Under the pieces are notes generated by a model. The model saw only the letters and a list, made by a program, of their open reading frames with translations, was not told the DNA's origin and ran no database searches. This document shows, piece by piece, positions 58,561 through 64,000 of a stretch of DNA of 64,000 nt. The first letter of the stretch is position 1, and every line of letters starts with the position of its first letter. The position numbers and the translations under genes are program-made. The stretch comes from an uncultured Eubacteriales bacterium. GTDB taxonomy: Bacteria > Bacillota > Clostridia > Oscillospirales > CAG-272. The stretch covers positions 1-64,000 of the forward strand of contig CAKRSS010000002.1 of the NCBI GenBank assembly GCA_934401725.1. The letters are read 5' to 3'.

Positions 58561-59685
58561 ATGATGATATACGGAGCCGCCCGGCGTGCGTGGGCGGAGG
58601 TTGACTTGGGAAAGATAGAGCGCAACTATAAAGTAATACGCAGCGCGCTGCCGGAGGGTGTGAAGCTGTGCTGTGTGGTCAAGGCCAACGCCTACGCTCA
58701 CGGTGCGCTCGAGATATCGCGCCTTTACGAGAGGTGGGGCGCGGAGTATCTGGCAGTCTCAAGCATTGACGAGGCAATGGAGCTGCGCCGCAGTGGCATC
58801 CGAATGCCGATACTCAACCTCGGTTTCGGAGCTGTCGAATGCGCCGTGCTTCTGAGCAAAAACGACATCACACAGTGCGTATATTCAAGCGAATACGCGC
58901 AGCATTTATCGAATTGGGCAGTAAAATCGGGAGTCAAAGTCAAGGTGCATATAAAACTTGATACGGGCATGGCGCGCATAGGCTTCGTCTATCGTCCCGA
59001 GCAGCGTGACGACCTGGAGGCCGTCGCACGCGCGGCAACACTGCCGGGGCTCGTCAGCGAGGGCATTTTCACGCATTTTGCCGATGCAAATTCAGGTGAC
59101 GTCGGTGATAGCTATACGCGCAGTCAGTTCGAGTGCTTTTATGAGGCCGTCGACAGGCTGGAGCGCCTCGGGGTCAGGTTCGATATACGCCACTGTGCCA
59201 ACAGCGGAGGCATATTCGACTACCCGGCCTTCGACCTTGACATGGTGCGCGCAGGCGGAATTCTTTTCGGCGTCGCCCCGGATAATCGCATACGAAATCT
59301 CCCCCGACTCGAGCCTGCAATGACGCTCAAGGCGGTTATCAGCTGCATAAAGGAGTTAGCCCCCGGCGAGTCGGTCGGCTACGGGCGGACGTACATAGCC
59401 GGGCATAAAATGAAGCTCGCCACCATTCCGATCGGCTACGCCGACGGTATCGACCGCGCGCTTCCGCGCGTCTGGGTGAGCTCAACTCCCGCGCCTGTTG
59501 TCGGACGCGTGTGCATGGATCAGCTTATGGTGGATGTCAGCGGCATAGATTGCCGCGTAGGCGACGAGGTCGTCATATTCGGCGGCGACGGTGCCGCGGG
59601 CGTCGACGCGCTCTCGGAGGAGCTCGGAACGATAAGCTACGACACCCTTTGCAGCCTGCACCGCGTGCCGGTGTTTTATGAATAA
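58561..59685 (+). CDS. alr: alanine racemase
   Basis: PLP site (VVKANAYAHG). 374 aa. Confidence 0.95.
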   Translation: MMIYGAARRAWAEVDLGKIERNYKVIRSALPEGVKLCCVVKANAYAHGALEISRLYERWGAEYLAVSSIDEAMELRRSGIRMPILNLGFGAVECAVLLSKNDITQCVYSSEYAQHLSNWAVKSGVKVKVHIKLDTGMARIGFVYRPEQRDDLEAVARAATLPGLVSEGIFTHFADANSGDVGDSYTRSQFECFYEAVDRLERLGVRFDIRHCANSGGIFDYPAFDLDMVRAGGILFGVAPDNRIRNLPRLEPAMTLKAVISCIKELAPGESVGYGRTYIAGHKMKLATIPIGYADGIDRALPRVWVSSTPAPVVGRVCMDQLMVDVSGIDCRVGDEVVIFGGDGAAGVDALSEELGTISYDTLCSLHRVPVFYE

Positions 59686-59714
59686 GTTTTCCCGGAACCT
59701 CTTCGGGGGACTCA

Positions 59715-59748
59715 AAAAAGGCAGCTTTCCTTGAAAGCCGCCTTTTTG
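59715..59748 (+). terminator. intrinsic terminator after alr
   Basis: GGCAGCTTTC cttg GAAAGCCGCC followed by TTTTT. Confidence 0.75.
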
Positions 59749-59761
59749 CTGTCTCATGACG

Positions 59762-59789
59762 CAAAAAGCCCCGCGCAAGGCGGGGCTTT
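59762..59789 (-). terminator. intrinsic terminator of the convergent minus-strand operon
   Basis: The minus strand reads AGCCCCGCC ttgc GCGGGGCT followed by TTTTT. Confidence 0.8.
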
Positions 59790-59836
59790 AACATGCTTTT
59801 GAGTGCAGAATTTCGTTTTAACCGCTGATTTTTCAG

Positions 59837-60901
59837 TCAAAGCGTACCTTCTACGGTGTTCTGACCAGTCTCCGTACCGGAATCGGTGTCGGTGTCAGTG
59901 TCCGCATCGTCGTCAAGAGTTTTTTCCTCGTCGCCTCCGTCTGTATCATTCGGATGGTCGGGATCGTCTTTTTTGCTTACAACGGGGTCTATCATGTATT
60001 TCTCAATGACGGGGTACGCCGCGTATGCCTTGACAAAGAACGAAGTTCCGATAAAATAGAACAGCGGCAGGATCAGCGGCAGAATTATTCGCAGCGGGAA
60101 CAATACGATAGTCAGCCCTATATTGATTGCGGCGAGCACGAAAAGTCCGAGCGTTGCAACAACGTTGCGTTTGACGCCGAGCGCCGTGAATATCAGCGAG
60201 TTTTTGAGTATCTTCCACAAGCTGATGTCGAACGTTATCATCTGCATGTAGGTGTAGAAGCGCATGGTGTAGTAGATGTATATTATCGCAACCGTGGCAA
60301 AATACATCACATTGAGCATGAACGTTTCGGCGTGATACCTGAAATACAGGTAGTCAACAATCAGCACGCCGATAAACAGGCAGTCCAAGAGCCCCATGAT
60401 GAGCCCCTGACGCCAGTTCTTTTTTATGGCGTAGAAGTAGTCTGATATGACAAAAACGGGATCTCCGCGCACAAGGCTGCGCGCAAGATAGGTTCCGGCA
60501 ACGTTCTGCCATCCGAAGGTTATGACGTACACCACGCCAATCGCGGCTATTACGTAGTAGACGTACGAATTGTAGACCGGCACCGAAAGCTGACGGCCGT
60601 TAATCGCCATCATAATGTCCGCCGCAGGCGACCTCGACATAAACGACGCGCCGTACAGAGTAGGGAAGAGCGGGCTGCCCGACGACAGCGTCGTCGGCCC
60701 CATGATGAAGACCGCGGCGGAAATAATTATGGGCAGCACCAAAAAGATAAGTATCAGATTGACCGACAGCAGCTTCGAAAACTTGCGGAAGTAGAGCTTG
60801 AAAAAGTTTACGAAATTCTTGGGACCCTCCTCAACTTTTTCGACGCCTTTGCCGTCGCGATTCATGTCAAATAATTTGAACTTCTTTTTCTTTTTTTCCA
60901 A
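59837..60901 (-). CDS. polytopic membrane protein, DUF624/YesL-like, with an acidic (TD)n C-terminal tail
   Basis: Lys-rich N-terminus and six predicted TM helices. The C-terminus reads DTDGGDEEKTLDDDADTDTDTDSGTETG. Confidence 0.35.
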   Translation of the reverse strand: MEKKKKKFKLFDMNRDGKGVEKVEEGPKNFVNFFKLYFRKFSKLLSVNLILIFLVLPIIISAAVFIMGPTTLSSGSPLFPTLYGASFMSRSPAADIMMAINGRQLSVPVYNSYVYYVIAAIGVVYVITFGWQNVAGTYLARSLVRGDPVFVISDYFYAIKKNWRQGLIMGLLDCLFIGVLIVDYLYFRYHAETFMLNVMYFATVAIIYIYYTMRFYTYMQMITFDISLWKILKNSLIFTALGVKRNVVATLGLFVLAAINIGLTIVLFPLRIILPLILPLFYFIGTSFFVKAYAAYPVIEKYMIDPVVSKKDDPDHPNDTDGGDEEKTLDDDADTDTDTDSGTETGQNTVEGTL

Positions 60902-60913
60902 TTTAATTATCCT

Positions 60914-61540
60914 TTACAAAATGAATATAAGACACAAACGATACCCGACCGTTATCATAAGTGTGTACCCAAATGACACAAAAAGCCAGAGTATATAGTT
61001 CCAGAAACATCGCGACGTCAGCATGACGCGCGGATGCCCGATTTTACTAAGCTCATCCGCCGCAAGCTCCGCGCGCACGCACGACGCGACCATAAGCGCG
61101 CAGTGGAGCAGTCCTGCGATAACAGCGACCGTCGGCCACAGCACACCCGTGCAGACCTGCGTCAGCATACACCCAAACGACCACCCGACGGCGATTCCGT
61201 AAAACGTCAGCGAGAGGCGGCAAAGCGGCGCGGTGATGTATGTAAAACCCGATATTATAATTATAGCCGATATTTTGAATATGTCAACCGAATTATAAAT
61301 TATTGAAGCAATAAAGTCAAATATTTTTACGTTTTTCGCGGGCTGTGCAAGTTCTTCCAGATGGTTATAGACCGTTCGCGGCAAAGCGTTCGGCCACAGA
61401 CGGTATATCAGCGCACCGAAACCGACTGCGAGCGCCAATATAAAGATGTAAGAAAGACAGAGCCTCAGCCGTACATAGGCGGAACCGGTACCGTGGCCGA
61501 CCCGTCCGAGCGGTTGTTTTGCGGTAGCTTGCATGAACAT
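60914..61540 (-). CDS. membrane protein resembling stage II sporulation protein M (DUF95 family)
   Basis: 208 aa. The TM pattern and local similarity to B. subtilis SpoIIM (LS-YIF...G-FGA; G-VG--FG) are from recall and not verified. Confidence 0.35.
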   Translation of the reverse strand: MFMQATAKQPLGRVGHGTGSAYVRLRLCLSYIFILALAVGFGALIYRLWPNALPRTVYNHLEELAQPAKNVKIFDFIASIIYNSVDIFKISAIIIISGFTYITAPLCRLSLTFYGIAVGWSFGCMLTQVCTGVLWPTVAVIAGLLHCALMVASCVRAELAADELSKIGHPRVMLTSRCFWNYILWLFVSFGYTLMITVGYRLCLIFIL

Positions 61541-61585
61541 TCACCTCCGTGTTTTATACATCTTATTAACGGAGGCGGCGGAATA

Positions 61586-62344
61586 TTATCTGTTTTGCCG
61601 CATTATTTCAAACGCGATAACAGCGGCGGACGAGGCCGTCGTGAGCGAGCCCATAAACGGGCGGCCGTAGTCTATGCGGACGGTCATATCCGACAGCGCG
61701 AGCAAGGAGCGCGAAATCCCGCGTTTTTCGCCACCTATGATAAGTAACAGCGGCGCGCGCAGGTCGGCTTCAAAAAGCGAGACAGAGTCTCGTATTCCGG
61801 CGCAGACGATTCTGTAGCCAGCCGCACGGAAGGCCGCGGTTGCTACGACCGGATCGTCGACATAGGTCGGTATCAGCTCGCTTGTGCCTGCTGACGACTT
61901 TATGACGGTCCCTGCGGCGCTTGTCCAGTTGCGCGGCGAAAGCACGATTCCGCTGAATCCTGCCGCGTAAAGCGACCGCACCGTGTACGCAAAGTTGAAC
62001 GGATCCTCGATGCCGTCAAGCAACGCGAAAATGCCGTCCACGGGCAGACTTGCTGAATTTACGGCAGGGAAGCTGCGCCCGGAACACACGGCGACTATGC
62101 CGCCGTGCGTGTTGCCTGCGCTCATTTCATCGAGCCGCTCTGGTGGAACTACGGATATTTCATAGCTCAGATTGTGAGAATTGGTTCTCAGAAAGCCGAT
62201 TTCACGCGATTTCTTGCCGACAACGGACTCTGATATGTATATGTGGATAATTTTACGGTCATTAACCCCGGAGTTTACGGCGTTTATAAGCGCGGAAACC
62301 GAGGTCATGCCTTCAATTATTATATTGTCGTCCGGGATAGCCAT
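61586..62344 (-). CDS. TrmH/SpoU-family RNA 2'-O-methyltransferase (RlmB/YacO-like)
   Basis: N-terminal substrate-binding domain and SpoU motifs (IGGEKRGI, SLTTASSAAVIAFE). Confidence 0.8.
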   Translation of the reverse strand: MAIPDDNIIIEGMTSVSALINAVNSGVNDRKIIHIYISESVVGKKSREIGFLRTNSHNLSYEISVVPPERLDEMSAGNTHGGIVAVCSGRSFPAVNSASLPVDGIFALLDGIEDPFNFAYTVRSLYAAGFSGIVLSPRNWTSAAGTVIKSSAGTSELIPTYVDDPVVATAAFRAAGYRIVCAGIRDSVSLFEADLRAPLLLIIGGEKRGISRSLLALSDMTVRIDYGRPFMGSLTTASSAAVIAFEIMRQNR

Positions 62345-62456
62345 GAGCGCACCACCTTGTAATATTTAACAGTATATCCATAACAATAATTTGGTAATAT
62401 ATCCATGTCACTCGCATATTATTTAATGAAATAATCAGACACGGAGCGGATTTGAT

Positions 62457-62735
62457 ATGATGTACATTTCAGCAAGTAAGGAACGGTGCGTACAACTGGC
62501 GTGGTATATGCTTGAAAACAACGCCACGGTCAGAAGCGCCGCCAAGAAATTCGGCATAAGCAAAAGCACCGTACATAAAGACGTAACCCAGAATCTCAAG
62601 CGGATAAACAAGCCGCTGTACACAGAAGTCAAAAAGCTGCTCGAGCGAAACAAACAGGAACGCCATCTGCGCGGCGGCCAGGCGACCCGCCGCAAATACC
62701 TGCATATAGACGAACACGGGAATAAAATTGATTGA
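62457..62735 (+). CDS. spoIIID: sporulation transcriptional regulator SpoIIID
   Basis: ATVRSAAKKFGISKSTVHKDVT...RHLRGGQATRRKY matches SpoIIID almost motif for motif. Confidence 0.9.
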   Translation: MMYISASKERCVQLAWYMLENNATVRSAAKKFGISKSTVHKDVTQNLKRINKPLYTEVKKLLERNKQERHLRGGQATRRKYLHIDEHGNKID

Positions 62736-62768
62736 GCCAGAAAACGTTGAGTAGCAAGCAAATAAATA

Positions 62769-62934
62769 AAGGCATCACCGCGTAATTCCGATGGCGCAAT
62801 TGCGCAGCCAGATTTTTCGTCAGATGAAACAAAAATCCGCAGGCTGTAGCAGCGCTACAGACAAGGATTTTTGTGAAATATGACGAAAAAATGCCCGGCA
62901 AGTGTGCCACTCGAACATTGCGCGGTGATGCCTT
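62769..62934 (-). repeat. copy C of the repeat family (166 bp, inverted relative to copy A)
   Basis: AAGGCATCACCGCGTAATTCCGATGGCGCAATTGCGCAG ... CATTGCGCGGTGATGCCTT. It is the reverse complement of copy A, with a ~20-bp palindromic insertion (CTGTAGCAGCGCTACAG). Confidence 0.8.
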
Positions 62935-63115
62935 AACTCTTAGCGCCAACATGACACGCCGTATAATAACGTTCACATACAAGGAACGCCGTATTGACAA
63001 ACATAGTCACCAGACAAATCAAACGCAGAAGAAACCCGATGGCCGAGGCCAAAGGAGTCAAAAACTTCGGAAAAGTCTCAAATCGCCCTGTGTCGGCCTA
63101 TTTCGCTTCCCCCGA

Positions 63116-63323
63116 TTATACAAAATTTGCATTTTGTATAATTGGGTGGCGGCGTTCAAAGCCGCCGCCCTGGCTGGGACAAGCCTTTCAGCTACTGCGC
63201 TGATACCTTAAAGCCTGTTGATTCCCTTTGCAGGACAGTCCTTTCTGCCCTCATGTTACCACAAAGCTAGTCACTTGTCAAGTGTCAGACGGACGGCGAG
63301 GCTGCAATTGAGGTCGTATTTTG
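63116..63323 (+). ncRNA. candidate promoter-driven small RNA / structured spacer (identity unknown)
   Basis: TTATAC, 15-nt spacer, TG-TATAAT at 63116-63142. A GC-rich 5' hairpin follows (GGCGGCG ttcaaa GCCGCCGCC), then about 170 nt free of plausible ORFs, ending in a U-rich tract at 63318-63323. No canonical terminator hairpin. No known RNA family recognised. Confidence 0.25.
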
Positions 63324-63393
63324 TCCAAAATACACAATAACTATCCTTCAAACTGTTCAAAACAACAAAATTAAAGAATTTCTTATATTTAAT

Positions 63394-63422
63394 TTGCAAT
63401 AAGCGGCGCGATGTGTTATAAT
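63394..63422 (+). promoter_or_regulatory. sigma-A promoter of the downstream 140-aa gene
   Basis: TTGCAA, 17-nt spacer, TGt-TATAAT. Confidence 0.55.
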
Positions 63423-63464
63423 AATTGCAGGCTACTAAGTTTTTTTGAAGGGATGGTCATATAA

Positions 63465-63887
63465 ATGGCAATTAAAATGCGCGTCCTCTATTGGACCAAC
63501 AAAGCCAAGGTAAAAACTCTGGCAAACGATCTTAAGAAAGAATTCGATCTGGCGCTGAACGCTGTCGACGCTATTCCGCCCGCCTACTCCTGCGACAAGG
63601 AGCGTCTCGTGGTGCTCTGCATCACCATCAAGGACGAACCGGACGACAAGCTGAGACTGTTCTGTCGCGAGCTGACTAAGGCTCGTGCACAGAACGTCGC
63701 GCTCATAATCGACGGCAACGAAAAAGGCGCCAAGTACATACAGGATATACTTCGCGAAGCCGGCACAAACCTCATAGAGGACGTCTGCTACTTCAAGGGC
63801 GGACTTCCCTTCCTGTCCAAGGTTTCCGACGAGGAGCGCAAGCCTGTCTTTGAATGGGCTCATCGCGTAGTCGACCAGCTTGCATAA
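63465..63887 (+). CDS. hypothetical protein (possibly flavodoxin-like fold)
   Basis: 140 aa, well-formed ORF with a GGGATGG RBS region, its own promoter, and a terminator at 63898-63946. Confidence 0.5.
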   Translation: MAIKMRVLYWTNKAKVKTLANDLKKEFDLALNAVDAIPPAYSCDKERLVVLCITIKDEPDDKLRLFCRELTKARAQNVALIIDGNEKGAKYIQDILREAGTNLIEDVCYFKGGLPFLSKVSDEERKPVFEWAHRVVDQLA

Positions 63888-63897
63888 GTAAACCGAG

Positions 63898-63946
63898 TAA
63901 AACATCTCCGGAGATTTGGTTCTCCGGAGATGTTTTATTTTTCCAC
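63898..63946 (+). terminator. intrinsic terminator
   Basis: AAAACATCTCCGGAGA tttggtt CTCCGGAGATGTTTT followed by ATTTTT. Confidence 0.85.
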
Positions 63947-64000
63947 AGGAAAGCGCATGGACTCAATCAAAAGCTCCCCCGAACGGTCGCTTACTGTGAT

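Noticed and set aside
62873-63211. 112-aa and 69-aa ORFs in the spoIIID downstream spacer
   Set aside because: They overlap the repeat element and the candidate sRNA promoter. No RBS, and the composition is basic and low complexity.
1-64000. Searched for CRISPR arrays, tRNA/rRNA genes, transposases, integrases, phage structural genes and toxin-antitoxin pairs
   Set aside because: No regularly spaced direct repeats, no tRNA-like GTTCGANTC T-arm motifs in intergenic regions, and no recognisable recombinase, transposase or phage protein signatures were found. The low-GC islet has no visible integrase or att-like direct repeats.

Overview
The window is 64 kb of a high-GC (about 58-60%) chromosome from an endospore-forming member of the Clostridia, probably Oscillospiraceae/Ruminococcaceae-like. 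The taxon call rests on gene content (spoIIID, spoIVFA/spoIVFB-like pair, pdaA-like, spoIIM-like, polC, Prp-processed L27) and on composition. Most of the window is conserved housekeeping: a pyrimidine operon (carB 3' end, pyrK, pyrD, pyrF, pyrE, pyrB), ftsH, a divergent potABCD operon, rplU-prp-rpmA, the conserved pyrH-frr-uppS-cdsA-dxr-rseP-ispG-polC block, ruvAB with a YfhO glycosyltransferase-like membrane protein, argGH, a guanine-riboswitch-controlled BMP-family nucleoside ABC transporter operon, dxs, a malic enzyme, two polysaccharide deacetylases, alr, and a sporulation-associated cluster ending in spoIIID. No rRNA, tRNA, CRISPR array, transposase or obvious prophage was seen. The most unusual region is a roughly 4 kb low-GC islet (about 7.9-11.9 kb, roughly 42-48% GC against about 60% flanking) with its own consensus sigma-A promoter. 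It encodes an 807-aa membrane protein that looks like an MthK/RCK-type channel with a degenerate selectivity filter and at least one Rossmann (KTN-like) domain. A small stand-alone RyR-domain protein is translationally coupled to it (TAATG overlap), and a zinc-ribbon protein and a NUDIX hydrolase follow. This islet is my best candidate for an undescribed horizontally acquired system. Other notable observations are listed in the findings. A three-copy intergenic repeat family bounded by terminal inverted repeats (MITE-like) occurs in both orientations, one copy internally deleted. pyrB shows an apparent frameshift in an A5 run at its start, and it carries a C-terminal PyrI-like zinc-domain fusion. 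An Rgg/XRE-like regulator is paired with a Thr/Pro-rich lipoprotein. An NfeD-unknown-flotillin operon is present. A promoter-driven structured spacer after spoIIID may be an sRNA. All protein family assignments come from motif and family recall without database searches.
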